From: Octopus vulgaris
Taxonomy: Eukaryota
Direction of reading: 5' to 3'
Assembly: GCA_951406725.2 (NCBI GenBank)
Contig: OX597827.1
Coordinates: 70,184,001 to 70,248,000, forward strand
Length of the DNA stretch: 64,000 nt
Numbering within the stretch: position 1 is the stretch's first letter; the number at the start of each line of letters is the position of its first letter. Under the pieces are notes generated by a model, which saw only the letters and a list, made by a program, of their open reading frames with translations, was not told the origin of the DNA and searched no databases. Position numbers and translations under genes: made by a program. Shown here in pieces: positions 11,518-25,014 of the stretch.

Positions 11518-11696
11518 AGTAAAAATTTGTAAAAAGTTGAAAAATCGAAACAGTCTATCGTCTGTCTTGTGGTCAAGAACATTTATATTTATGTCCCTGT
11601 GTGTCTTTATCTTTCTGTTTGTCCTCCAGCACCGCTGAAGAACCGGAGTTGACGTGTTTACGTTACCGAAACCTAGTGGTTCGGCAAAAAAGAGAC

Positions 11697-12560
11697 TGGA
11701 TTGATGCCATAACTGTGGCTAATGTTGGTGGCCTACTCGGCTTGGACGAACTTCGTGTCTCCAATGCCCGCAGAGTGGGAGCTGACGTATGCACGGGTTT
11801 GATCTGTCGTTGTGGCAGGCTCCTCGACTCCACAGGCCTCCATGGCCTTTCTTGTCGCCTGAATGCTGGTCGCTTCGCATGTCATACGGAGTTGAGCCTG
11901 ATACTCAAGAGGAGCTTGGCCCGGGGCAAACATCCCCTCCATCTTAGAACCATCTGGATTGTCCAGATGTGATGGGAAGAGACCTGATGGCCTCATCCTG
12001 TGCCCCTGGTCACTAGGTAGATGCCTCGTCCGGGATGTCACAGTAGCGACTCCTTTGCTTCTTCTCATATCCTGGATGCTGCGGTCAGGGAGAGATCCAC
12101 AGCTTTTGCAGCTGAGCGGAACAAATTCCTGAAATATTGCGATATGTCAGCCAACTACATTTTTCCATCCTGTGGCCTTCGAGACGTTTGGTGTGGTCGG
12201 ACAACTAACTGCAAGATTCCTGTCTTCACTGGCAACTCGCCTTGCAGAGGTAACTGGTGAGGCTTCATGAGGGCGCTTATCCGTTCCTGCGCATCAGCCT
12301 CGCCATCACCCACGGTAATTCTGCAAGCATGCTGGAGTGTCTCAATAGCCATTAGAGAGGTCTCCCAGCGCCCCCAACTTTTCAACCCAAAGTGGTGAAT
12401 TGTTTTGTTCTTTTTCTTTTTTCTCTTTTTCCTTTTTCTCTCTTTTTTTTTTTCTTGTTAAATTTTTTCAATTGTGTTCTCTGTTTTGTTCAGGTTTCTA
12501 GTTTGATTTTGTAAGACGGTAAACACTGTGAAGGCAATAAAATCTATACTATAATAAATA
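11697..12560 (+). mobile_element. 5'-truncated CRE-like non-LTR retrotransposon (zinc knuckle plus restriction-like endonuclease), frameshifted
   Basis: CRCG..LD..GLH.LSC; [23 protein letters not shown]...DVTV; AAE..K..KY; PVAFETFG; T-rich 3' UTR and AATAAA at 12536. Confidence 0.85.
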
Positions 12561-12653
12561 CGAGGGTAAAATTTATTAAAAATAGTAATTTATACTTGTG
12601 GCTAGCATGCATATAAAAATCAGAAGACTTTTATATATAAATATATATAAACA

Positions 12654-13500
12654 CAGGGTGCGATGGGTAAATTGTCACTATTATTTCTGTTTAATTTTGT
12701 GCATGTGCATTGTTTGTTTACGATTTTGTCGACTACACGTTATTGTAGGGTCAGTTGGGCACTGTCTGTGAGAAAAACAGGACCATGATGCAATTCACTC
12801 AGCCAGAAATTTGGAAACAACATGCTGTACTGCTTGGCATTCACACCAGAAGCTCCAATACGAACATTTCAGAGTGTTTGGGTGTCAATCGGAGGACATG
12901 TACGAAGAGTGATAAAAATCTAACATCCAGTGATGGCAACATTATGCCTCCATTCATCTTCCCACACAGCATCAGACTCAACACAGAGGTCTACATCAAG
13001 TGCTTGGAGGAGGTAGTACTGCCCTGGGTTAAGAGGGTGGCTGCTGGAAGATCCTATGTCTAGCAACAGGACTCTGCACCATGCCACACAAGCAGGAGAA
13101 CCCAGTCATGGCTGTCAGAAAATTTCTTCGACCACATCACCCCTAACATCTGGCCACCTAACTCCTAAGACTGCAACCCCCTTGATTATTACGTGTTGGG
13201 CGCAGTTGAACGAGAGACCATCAAAACCCCTTGTAACACCAAAGATGAACTGAAGGCAAGGATTATGGCAGCATTCACCAACTTAAAGAAGGAGACCACC
13301 CAGAAGAGTTGCAGGAGATTCCGAAGACATCTGGAGGCCTTGGTTGAAGCCAATGGCGATTTTATTGAATAAATTTACTCTTTAGTATTTCAAGATATTT
13401 TTATGTAATTTTTGGTATATATATATATCTGTTAAAATGAGATGTCAGTGTTATTTTCATTTTTGCGTAATTTAGACGACAGTTTGTTCACCGCACCCTG
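12654..13500 (+). mobile_element. Internally deleted maT (DD37D) Tc1/mariner transposon
   Basis: TIRs cagggtgcg...cgcaccctg with TA at the right end; QQDSAPCH...WPPNS*DCNPLDY with 37 residues between the last two catalytic D; in-frame stops. Confidence 0.9.
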
Positions 13501-13956
13501 TACACACACACACACACATTTTCTTCATTTCAGCTCCGCTCCCCTCTCTCCATGGTCTTCTTTGTGTTACTGTCTTCGTTATTTTTTTGGGGGGTGGGGG
13601 GCTCTAACGGGAGGGAGGGGTGGAGGAGGAGGATCAGGAGGAATAACAAAGGCTTAGAAGTCTTACTTGTAAATGATGGCGGTGGTGAAGGTGGTAGTGG
13701 TGATGGTGGTAGTGGTGGTGGTGGTAGTGGTGGTGGTGGATTCCTGAATGAATCAGATTGTTTACATACTGAAAGTGTTTACAATCATCTGCGGCTGCTA
13801 GCATCAACAAGGCGCTCCAACCCTGTCCCACCGTCGTCCTCTTCTCTGCTTGCCATCATCCACTTTTATTAAGTTTTCTGAGTTCGAATCCCGCCGATGT
13901 CAAATTTGCCTTTCATCTTTGCGAGGTCGATGAAATAAAGTACCAGTCAAGTACTG

Positions 13957-14267
13957 TTGTGGTGGTGGTGGTGGTGGTGGTGGTACTGTGGTGGTGATGG
14001 TGGTGGTGTGGTGGTTGTGATGGTGGTGGGGGAGGTCAACTTGTATCGATTTATCCTCTCCCCTCAAAAAGCAAAATTGTTGGCCTTGTGCCTAAATCAG
14101 AAACTACCAACACCACCACCACCATCATCATCATCTTCACCACCACCACCACCACCACTACTACAACCTCTATCATCATCATCACCACCACAATCACCAC
14201 CATCAGCATCTTCACTACCACCACCACCACCATCATCATCACTATCATCATCAGCAGCAGCAGCATC

Positions 14268-14300
<33 letters not shown>

Positions 14301-14453
14301 TTCACCACCACCACCACTATCATCAGCAGCAGCAGCATCACCACCACAACCACCACCATCAGCATCTTCACTACCACCACCACCACCATCATCACTATCA
14401 TCATCAGCAGCAGCAGCATCACCACCACCACCATCAACATCAACTTCACCACC

Positions 14454-14487
<34 letters not shown>

Positions 14488-16380
14488 CCATCTTCGCCAC
14501 CACCACCACCACCACTACTACAACCACTATCATCTCAGCAGCAGCATAACCACCACCACTATCATCACAATTTCCCATACCATTTCCTTCGTCTTACCGA
14601 TAACACTCCATCATCACGACGACAACCACCACCACCACCACCACCACTACCGTGGCCATCACTACAACTACTACTACTAGTTTTACCACACACCCCTCTT
14701 CCCTCCACTCGAATGTTTCCATCGTATCAGTTGCCTGTTTCCATCTCTGCTGCCACAATACTACTACTACTACGACGACGACGACGACCAGCACCACCAC
14801 CATCACCACCACTACCACCACCTTCATCACCACCATCGTCAAAACCACCACCACGACCATCTCCACTGTCATCACCACCATCATCACCAACATTACCGCT
14901 ACCACCATCATCACACCATAAGCGTCATCCCCCACCACCATCATCACCACCACCACCAACACCATCATCTCCATCACCTCCACCGTCACCACCACCACTA
15001 TCACCTCACTACCACTACCATCACCACCACCACACTAGGCCACCACCACCATCATCTCTATCACCAGGTCACCACCACCACCACCATCATCTCCACCCCC
15101 CACCCCACCCCACCTCACCACCATCACTAGGCCACCACCACCATCATCTCTATCACCAGGTCACCACCACCACCACCATCATCTCCACCACCCCACCCCC
15201 ACCACCATCACCACCACCACCACCACCACCATCACTACCACCACCACCACCACCGCCAGGTCACCACCATCACCATCAGGTCACCACCACTACCACCACC
15301 ACCACCACTACCACCACCACCACTACCACTACCACCACCACCATTACCACCACAATCACCACCACCACCATCACCACCATGTCACCACCACCGCCACCAC
15401 CACCATCACCACCACCCTCTCCACCATCATTACATGCTACTGAAAGAACTGGCTATCTAAATAAATTAACAATACAAACAGACATTAACAACATCGACAA
15501 CAACATCAAACAACAACAGCAGCAGCAGCACGATTAGCAACCTCAATTTTAACAACAACAACAACAACAACAACAACGGCAGCAGCAGCAGCATCCACAA
15601 CAGCTACATCAACAACAAATAACACCGACAATAACGACCTGAACAGAATATAGCATCATTAATAATCAATGACATCATCAACTCACATCCCGCTCCTGTT
15701 TCTCATCATCATCATCATCATCATCATCACAGTCGTCGTCGTCGTCACCACTATCGTCATCATCATCATGATCATCATCACCATCGTCATCATTATCATC
15801 GTCATCATCACCATCGTCATTGTCATCATCATCATCATCACCATCGTCATCATTATCATCGTCATCATCACCATCGTCATCATCATCATCGTTATCATCA
15901 CCATCGTCATCGTCATCATCACCATCATCATCACCATCGTCATCATCATCATCGTCATCATCACCATCGTCATCATCATCGTCATCGTCATCATCACCAT
16001 CATCATCACCATCGTCATCATCATCGTCATCATCACCATCATCATCACCATCGTCATCATCATCATCATCACCATCATCACCATCATCATTATCATCATC
16101 ATCATCACCATCGTCATCATCATGATCATCGTCATCATCATCCTCGTCATCGTCATTATCATCGTCATCACATCATCATCACCATCGTCGTCGTCATCAT
16201 CATGATCATCATCATCACCATCATCACCACCATCACCACCATTATCATCACTGTCATCATCATCCTCATCACCATCATCATCATGATCATCGTCATCATC
16301 ACCATCGTCGTCATCATTATCATCACTGTCATCATCATCATCATCACCATCACCATCATCAATCATTGACATCGTCGTCA
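13957..16380. repeat. Compound (ACC)n/(ATC)n/(AGC)n/(AAC)n trinucleotide field with local higher-order duplications
   Basis: Direct reading; duplicated blocks at about 14195/14350 and 15030/15122. Confidence 0.95.
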
Positions 16381-16893
16381 TCAACATAAGCAACAAAGGC
16401 AATAAATAACAAGCCATATTAATCTCACCCAATTATTTCCGATGAGAAGAGCCTGAAAAGGGATCTAGGCTTCCCACATATCAATTAATTAGCCTCAGAG
16501 ATACGCGGAGACACGTAGGCCCTCGGATTAATTAATTAATATACAGACTAACAAGAGAGTAATTATATGATCACTTGAAAAGCAAGAGATAGTAACCAGT
16601 CTCACTAAAATTATATCAATTTTTTTTTAGAAGAGGACACATCGAACAATGTTGTCCAAGATAGACACCTACACCCACCTCGACTTTGCTTCCTCATAAC
16701 TTCCAGAAAAATTGATATTTTTTAATGAAATTTTCTACAAATACCCTTTACATGGTGTACATTTCGAGTATATAGCAATTTGCAATGAAAAGCATTCTCC
16801 GGGGTGGAGAGAGGAGTTCCAGAAAATTCACACAAGTCAGCTTAGTTTCCAGAAAAATGAGTATTTTTTAAATTGAGATTTTCTAGAAATATA

Positions 16894-17210
16894 GGCGTAG
16901 GAGTGGCTGTGGTAAGTAGCTTGCTTACCAACCACATGGTTCCGGGTTCAGTCCCACTGCGTGGAACCTTGGGCAAGTGTCTTCTACTATAGCCTCGGGC
17001 CGACCAAAGCCTTGTGAGTGGATTTGGTGGACGGAAACTGAAAGAAGCCCGTCGAATATATGTATGTGTGTGTGTGTGTGTCTACCAAATCCACTCGCAA
17101 GGCTTTGGTCGGCCCGAGGCTATAGTAGAAGACACTTGCCCAAGGTGCCACGCAGTGGGACTGACCCCGGAACCATGCGGTTCGTAAGCAAGCTACTTAC
17201 CATACAACCA
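16894..17210. mobile_element. Two family A SINE 5' halves in inverted orientation (hairpin)
   Basis: 16911-17032 is the near-perfect reverse complement of 17080-17201. Confidence 0.9.
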
Positions 17211-17470
17211 GAAAGAATTTTGTCTCAGCTTGCTAACGATTTTGCCAGCTCACCGCCTTTGCAACAGCAACAATATAACGACAACATTAGCAACAACAGC
17301 AAGAATTTGCAATCACAGCCACAAGGAAATTATTATCAATTTTCACCTTTGAGATTACGTAAATTCTGAGCAGCGGTACCGCCTTTATTATCGCCCATCC
17401 AGATATGAATACAAGCATTCATTCATTCATTCAGACATCATAATCCTCCTCTTGCTTCCAGCCTGTCTGC

Positions 17471-17478
17471 TATAAAAG
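17471..17478 (+). promoter_or_regulatory. Candidate TATA box in unique sequence
   Basis: TATAAAAG; downstream (GCCAA)n and forkhead-like TGTTTAC (about 17652) and GTAAACA (about 17786); no transcript evidence. Confidence 0.25.
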
Positions 17479-18121
17479 CATTCAGGATATCCCATCCCAG
17501 CCAGAAGCCCAACCATCATCCAGCCACCCAAATAACAACCACGCCAAGCCAAGCCAAACCAAGCCAGACCAAGCCAAGCCAAACCAACAAGACAGACATA
17601 CAGACTGCTTGCAACAACATTTTATCTATTTATTTGTTCAACTGCAGCTCCTGTTTACAAGCAAGTTTAGCCATACGTTAAGTAAAAACATCAACAGCAG
17701 AGTTATACGTATATACATCTACATATTTCGTAAATCATGACATTAATGCATTAGATAAAGAGAAGCTCACAAAGTCACAACAGGCGTAAACAAATACGTT
17801 AAATCTTATGAAATGTCAACCTCCATCTTAGACGCTCACCATGAAATCAATGAGATAAACATGTTTCACACATCAGTAAATAAGATTTCTTAACAGTTTC
17901 ATTTCAAGATACAGAGGCTTTTTTCATGAAACTTACGTAACCAGTGCAAATAGCTGGGACAATAAACACAAGACATACCTTTTCATCTTCACTGACGTTT
18001 ACTTTTATTAGTTTTATTTATATTTTTCCCGTTTCATTCTAAAGTACTGTGCGTTAGTCTTTTTTTATTATATGTCGTACGCATTCTATATTGGAATGTT
18101 GTGTGTATGTATGAGCATATA

Positions 18122-20517
18122 CAGGCATACCTGTATGTTGGTTCTAGGAGACACAACTTAAGTCGTTTTTCGACTTAAGTCGAATTAACTTGTCTCTAGG
18201 CGAGGCCGAATTTACTTGTCTCTAAGCTAAGCTGATAATAATCACTCCCAGTTCTGTACTTTATTTACGAATGCATTTTCAATAATACATGGTTAATAAA
18301 AAACCTATTTTTAAGCTTACAAACAAATAATTTTTATTCTTTAATACAGTGCAGAAAAAAAAAGTAATCTAAATTTACTAATACAATTTGGCGGTTTTTA
18401 CCGTACACTGCGGACGTTTTATTTATGAATGCGGTTTGCAATAAGACATGGTAAAATAAAAACCTTTTTTAAGCTTAAAAAACAAATTCAGAAATTATTA
18501 TTTTGCAATAGTAAAAAAAAAAAAACTAAATTATTTTAGATTTACCAATACGTATATACAATTTGGTGGTTTACATCGCGGATGTAGATGACTGTGTATT
18601 ATCAACATCATCAGCTGATTCTGGGTGTTCTTGTTTTTCGATGCGCTTAAAAAACCGGTTGAGAGTTCCTTGAACTGTCTTCTTTTTTTTTTTTTTTTCT
18701 CCGAAAAATTACAGGATCTTTTCCTTTTGAATGTCACTTTTCAACACAATTTCTAGTTAACTAAACACTTTTAAACTTCGTATGCTGGTAGAATGTGTTT
18801 ATAAAACATCATTTTCTCTTGGCTTTATTGAGAAAATTCTATAGTTTGTAAGATATTTCCACTTTAAAATCGAGCATTTCGGCAATTTTAACCAATCGCT
18901 GACCTCCATTTAGGTAAATAACATTCTGTGCCGTATGAATATGTCCCTCCTTTAAGAAACAGATTGGGTTTATTTACATTTGTGAACAAAAAATATACCC
19001 TTCCCCCACCCCTAACCCTAAATCTAAAATAGATTGAAATGCAATAGATCGATACTAGGGTTATAATTATGGGTGACAATTTCATACGACACCACTATGG
19101 AAAATGGGATTTTTTTCTAGCCGTGTCAAATGAAAATGTCACCCATAATAATGGCCCTAGTATCGATCGATTGCATTTCAATCTATTTTAGATTTAGGGT
19201 TAGAGTTAGGGTTAGTTAGGATTAGGGTTAGGGAAGGGTTTCTTTTTTCTTCACAAATGTAAATAAACCCAATCTGTTTCTTAAAGGACGGACTTATTCA
19301 TTATGCACAGAATGTTATTTACCTAAATGGAGGTCAGCGATTGGTTAAAATTGCCGAAATGCTCGAAATTAAAGACGAAATATCTTACAACCTATAGAAT
19401 TTTCTCAATAAAGCCAAGAGAAAATGATGTTTTATAAACACATTCTACCAGTATACGAATTTTAAAACTTTTTAGTTACCTAGAAATTATGTTACAAAGT
19501 GCCGTTCAAAAGGAAAAGATCCAAATTACATTATAAGGTGCAAAGGCTTCGTGACAAGCCCCCATAATATTGGAAAAGCGTTTAGCATTTGGATCCATAT
19601 CCTCGAACATAGAAAGACCTTTTTCGATATATGCAAATGCTTACTGCATTTTCTTAATGGTTTAGTGACGTGACTCAGGTTCGACTTCTTCTTTATTTTG
19701 CTGCTCGTGAAGCTCTATCAAATCCTCGTTCGTCAGGGGCTGTTTGTCTTTTTCAAATAAATCTGTAAAATCCTCCTCCTCCAACCTAACAATCCAAAGA
19801 GAAAGAAGATTCCATTTCTTCAAAGATTTTTGCCTCTTGTTGATGATAGTATTCTTCATCCCTGGGGCTTCAGATTTGATACATGCTAAAACTTTGTCCT
19901 TATTATGTACAATCGTCGATACAATTGTCCAACTCATCCCAAAATATCGCACAATTGCTACCATTTTTTCACCTTTTCCATGGCATTTTATCATAACCAG
20001 TTTATCTTCCAGCGTTATAGCCTGACGTTTAGCACTTTCACTAAGAATTTTCTTAGGAGCCATGTGGGGCCAAAAAATAAAGTCACAAATGAATGAGAAT
20101 GAGAAAGTAGCCGATAAACAGACGTAAACAAATCTGAATTCAAAATAATCGCGGGAATCACGAGTGACAACCACATCTAACGGTAGATATTGGAACTACA
20201 GTGCAATATGAGCTCCGAAAAACACGGCTGATTTCATGATTTCATGATTTCGTTCACTATGCTACACTACTTTATGGTGTGTATCTTAACATTTACTGTA
20301 CATACTTTAATATGGTTTATATTCTTTTATTCGTATTTATTGTACAGTAACACGATTTTATGCGCTATTAACGGTTTTCTAGTTATTTTACGATTCCAAT
20401 ATTTGTGGCGGACTGACGTAAAGTCGAGTAAAATGACTTGACTTGATTTTCATTTTCCATATACCATTTTTGAAAACCGACATATAATCGAGAACGACTT
20501 AAGCCGAGGTATGCCTG
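18122..20517 (-). mobile_element. Decayed pogo/Tigger transposon
   Basis: TA-flanked TIRs caggcatacct...aggtatgcctg with subterminal cttaagtcg; minus-strand MAPKK...RQAITLEDKL..I...KGE (psq/CENP-B HTH) and C-terminal AFAYIEKGLSMFEDMDPNAKRF; DDD domain deleted. Confidence 0.85.
18714..19522. mobile_element. 809-bp foldback element: two inverted arms of the GGATC-TIR MITE, nested in the Tigger
   Basis: Arms about 18714-19100 and 19110-19522 are reverse complements; perfect 8-bp TSD aaattaca (18706-18713, 19523-19530). Confidence 0.9.
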
Positions 20518-20524
20518 TATGTAT

Positions 20525-21050
<526 letters not shown>

Positions 21051-21074
21051 GATGATGTGAAGTGGGGAACGCTG

Positions 21075-21400
21075 GAGTTTGCGTCCACCTCATCTATGGC
21101 TAGTACTATATCTTCTTCCCCAATATCAATGTAATCTATCATAACTGCCTCGCTGGTTATAGTTGAGACGACAAAAAGTCCACTGGTTCGTTCACTTGTC
21201 TCTATTCTAACGAGGTAGTAAAGACACTTTTGAACTGGTCATTCAGTATTTCACTGATGGTGTTTGGGTTACCTGTGAGGGAGCCGTCCTTCTGGAAGAG
21301 GGGTCTTATTTTGCAGCGTGCTGAAGACGTTTCTTGGCATAATGAAAGCAGGCCTTTGGGTTTAATTTTGTTTTTATAACCCAGGCTTTGAAGGCTGCTC
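21075..21400 (-). pseudogene. CR1/L2-like LINE ORF2 fragment
   Basis: Minus strand NPK..FHYAKK...KIRPLFQKDGSLTGNPNTISEILNDQFKSVFT...IDYIDIGEEDIVLAIDE. Confidence 0.75.
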
Positions 21401-21859
21401 TGAGTATGTGGTTTGTGGGGTCGACCGCGGCCTCCGCTTCATTTTTTGTAAATCACTCATTCTCATTTAATTGTATATATTTTAATTGTTTGTTTATTCA
21501 TTCGTTTCGTCTCATTCGATAACCTGACCCCACTGTTTGTTTTGTCTGTCCTCGTATCGTCCCCTCTTTTTCTCAACCTCATGGTTAATAAAGAAATCCC
21601 CCCCCACTCTCTCTCTCTCTCTCTCCTTCACATAGGATTGTTGCAGGCTTTTTTCCGTCTCCATCAGTGTTGTTTTTAGGCGGGACCTTTCACTACTTTT
21701 GGGATATTGCTTGAAGCTCTATCGTCTTCTTTGCGTACAAATCGTCCCAGTAATTCAGTTAAAAGAACCAGTTTACATATTTCTTTTGCGTTCTCTTTTT
21801 TATAATTGTCATTTTACTTGTAACTACACCTTTTTCTGTTTTAAAACTCATAAAAAGAA

Positions 21860-22006
21860 AAAAAAATTTTTTTTTGAGGGGTGGCTGGAACGGATTAATT
21901 ATATTTTAGTTAATTTCAATGGGGAAAATTGATTTGTAAAACGAGTAAATCGTAAAACAAGCTCGGTCATGGAACGAATTAAATTCGTACTGCGAGGTAT
22001 CACTGT
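21860..22006 (+). mobile_element. Tigger-like MITE right end
   Basis: 'ggaacggattaatt...ggaacgaattaaattcgtactgcgaggtatcactg' is typical of pogo/Tigger termini. Confidence 0.55.
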
Positions 22007-22379
22007 GTGTGTGTGAGTCTTCATCAGCTGAGTGGCCCAACAACTAAATACGTACTATCGCTTTAGGAATACTTAATAATACATCAACCAGTGTGTCTTC
22101 CTCTTCTTCAAATCAGCAGGATACAATTTAAAGGAGATATATTTATATATATATATAGTTATTTTTTGTAGCTCGAGCAAGCAGGCGGAGGCCTTCTTCG
22201 TGACTCGTTATATAAACATCATTTTGGACCCCTTTTTAACCGAGCACAATGGCCCTTTATATTTAGGAATTGACTGTATATAGATCGTTCTTGTATTGCT
22301 TCACGGGTTTCTTAATATGAAACTGTGTTGAAAGAGATACTGTACTACGAAACGATCGTTCTCCCAATAAGCAGATACA

Positions 22380-22385
22380 CACGTC

Positions 22386-22420
<35 letters not shown>

Positions 22421-22637
22421 CGCACGCACACACGCACGCACGCACGCACACACACGCACACACGCGCGCGCGCGCACACACGCACGCACGCACGCACACA
22501 CACACACGCACGCACACACTGCACTGCTTGCAGCTCACTTACTAATTAATTAATCAACAATAAATAATGAGAAGTGATCTACATTTTGTGTACTTTTACA
22601 GACAGAATTACCTTCATGAAGCACAGCAGCTTGAGTT

Positions 22638-22696
<59 letters not shown>

Positions 22697-22770
22697 GTGT
22701 GTGCGTGTGTGTGTATGTGTGTAGATTGATAGGTTGATAGACAGTCAGACAGACAGACAAACAGATAGAG

Positions 22771-22818
<48 letters not shown>

Positions 22819-22936
22819 CAGACAGATAGGTAGACAGAAAGACAGACAGATAGGTAGATAGATAGATCGATAGATAGATAGACAGACAGATAGATAGATT
22901 TTACATTTTTTAAATATATATATATATATATATCTA

Positions 22937-22979
<43 letters not shown>

Positions 22980-23005
22980 ATAGATAGATAGGTAGATAGA
23001 TAGTA
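22380..23005. repeat. (CA)n/(CACG)n, (GT)n, (GATA)n, (TA)n microsatellite cluster
   Basis: Direct reading. Confidence 0.95.
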
Positions 23006-23259
23006 TTTTACCAATTTTTCATATATTATTTATTATTCTTTGTATCATTTTTTATATTTTATATTCCTATACCATACACCACACATATATCACACGCACC
23101 TGCAAACATGCGCACACGTACACAAGACACACATGCACTCATACACCTGCCGCACACTTGATATCCGCACCCTTGCCTACACCAACGCACCCCTACACAC
23201 CCCACCTCACATCTCTCTATCCCTCTCATGCACGCACACACACACATCCTCGGATGCTC

Positions 23260-23792
23260 ACAGTTTCAGCCGGGTTGGTATCAAAAGGGTTAAGAATTGT
23301 TTCTCTATTATGTATTTTAACCCTTTCATTACGGTATTTATTTTGAGATACTCTGTGTTTCTTTCAATTATTTTAAATATTACAAAGAATTTAGTAAAAT
23401 AACTTAGTTATCATTCAGCCAGTGTTAGGAACATAAATTGTGACTAAGGTTTGGTGGAAAATTTTAATTCAAAACTTATGAAAACAAGACATTTGTACTG
23501 AGAGCCAGAGCCAGTTTCAGCCAGGTTGGTAACGAAAAGGTTAAGAATTGTTTCTCTATTATATATTTTAACCCTTTCATTACTGTATTTATTTTGAGAT
23601 GCTCTGTGTTTCTTTCAATTAATTTTAAATATAACAAAGAATTTAGTAAAATAACTTAGTTATCATTCAGCTAGTGTTAGGAACATGAATTGTGACTAAG
23701 GTTTGATGGAAGATTTTAATTCAAAACTTATGAAAACAAGACATTTGTACTCAGTGCCAGAGCCAGTTTCAGTCGGGTTGGTATCGAAAGGG
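23260..23792 (+). mobile_element. Tandem array of a piggyBac-like MITE (251-bp period; one partial and two full units)
   Basis: TTAA-ccctt...aa(a/g)gg-TTAA units starting at 23321 and 23572 with the same spacer repeated; solo copy at 49070-49291. Confidence 0.85.
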
Positions 23793-23796
23793 TTAA

Positions 23797-24018
23797 CCCT
23801 TTAGCATTCATACTGGCCATATCAGGCCCAAATATTCTACCTGTTTTATTTTTAAACCAACCATATCTAACCTTTCATGCCTACCCTACAATGTCATCCT
23901 AGGAAATAAATCTCAACATTGAAATCTTGGTGCTATGAGATATTGATTGCATGATTAAATTTAAACAGTGTGAATGAATAAGCATTACATTCGACAGAGT
24001 AATCTGAATGCTAAACAA
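23797..24018 (+). mobile_element. Second piggyBac-like MITE sharing the TTAA at 23793-23796
   Basis: ccctttagcattca...tgaatgctaaa TIRs, TTAA at both ends. Confidence 0.7.
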
Positions 24019-24339
24019 TTAAATGACTCCTTCAAGTGGAGCAATTAAATTAGACATGGCTTGGGCCAATAAAGGCTAAAACCTATTTAATTTATCTATC
24101 TAATTAATATGTAGTGACATTGAAGAGATAATAAAATAATCAATGCCAGCTCCACAATACAGGTCACTTCTGTGTCTTATCAAGAGGAAGATCAAACATA
24201 CAACATTTGTTTCATTTGATGCTTCTTACTGAGAACAATACCATTTAATGGTAATTATTTACTGTTGGTAGATGGACTCATTGAAAGTGAAGTAGAGAGA
24301 ATACTTGATCACATTACAGTAGTACAATGACAGTAATGA

Positions 24340-24560
24340 GATGCAAAAAATAAGACATTCCTTAAGCAAGTCCAGTCAACCATGTCATAATCGAAGATTG
24401 CTATGTTTTTACAATGGACAAGATCAAGAGATGGACCGAAGACAAGTGGCGAGATGATCTTGCATGCTACTTGGAGCCTCCACGACCACAACTGGCCAGA
24501 GACAGACAGTGGTTGAAGGAGTCCAAGGTAGGGGTTCCTCCTTTCAGGAGTGATGAAGCC
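24340..24560 (+). pseudogene. Decayed RTE-type LINE 3' end
   Basis: ..KWRDDL.......QLARDRQW resembles 'RW.DD.....W...A.DR..W'. Confidence 0.5.
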
Positions 24561-24806
24561 CTGGGTATTATACTATACCTTAACCCTTTTGATACCAACC
24601 TGCCCGAGACTGTCCCCTATTCTATGACATAAACTTACTGTTTTAAAGTGGTCTGAATTATTATCTTCCATCAACATTTTATGTTAATTTGTTCCAGACC
24701 TCAGCTTAATAATGAGAAAGCTATTTTACTAAATTCTTAATTATTTTAAAAATTAATTGAAACAGAGTCATAAAAAAGAGGCAAAAATTATTTCTTGTCT
24801 TTTATA

Positions 24807-24888
<82 letters not shown>

Positions 24889-24960
24889 TACAGAGAGAGA
24901 GAGAGAGACAGATTGATAGATACAAACATACATACATACATACGTACATATGTATGTATG

Positions 24961-25014
<54 letters not shown>

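Noticed and set aside
13957-15537. 526-aa Pro/Ser/His/Thr-rich ORF resembling extensin or formin
   Set aside because: Stop-free reading of (ACC)n/(ATC)n microsatellites; begins within a SINE relic, several frames are open, no domain
15669-16432. Poly-Ile/Met/Asp ORFs suggesting a reflectin-like or acidic protein
   Set aside because: (ATC)n microsatellite; no reflectin motif or Tyr/Arg/Trp content
17920-17985. Possible 17-nt minus-strand microexon (cag/ctatttgcactggttac/gtaagt)
   Set aside because: Frame-shifting length and no supporting neighbours; such motif pairs are expected by chance
19193-19233. TTAGGG run as a telomere or fusion scar
   Set aside because: Internal part of a MITE present in several copies
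24414-24632. ATG-initiated 72-aa ORF with a donor-like aag/gtaggg
   Set aside because: Better explained as a decayed RTE C-terminus running into a MITE
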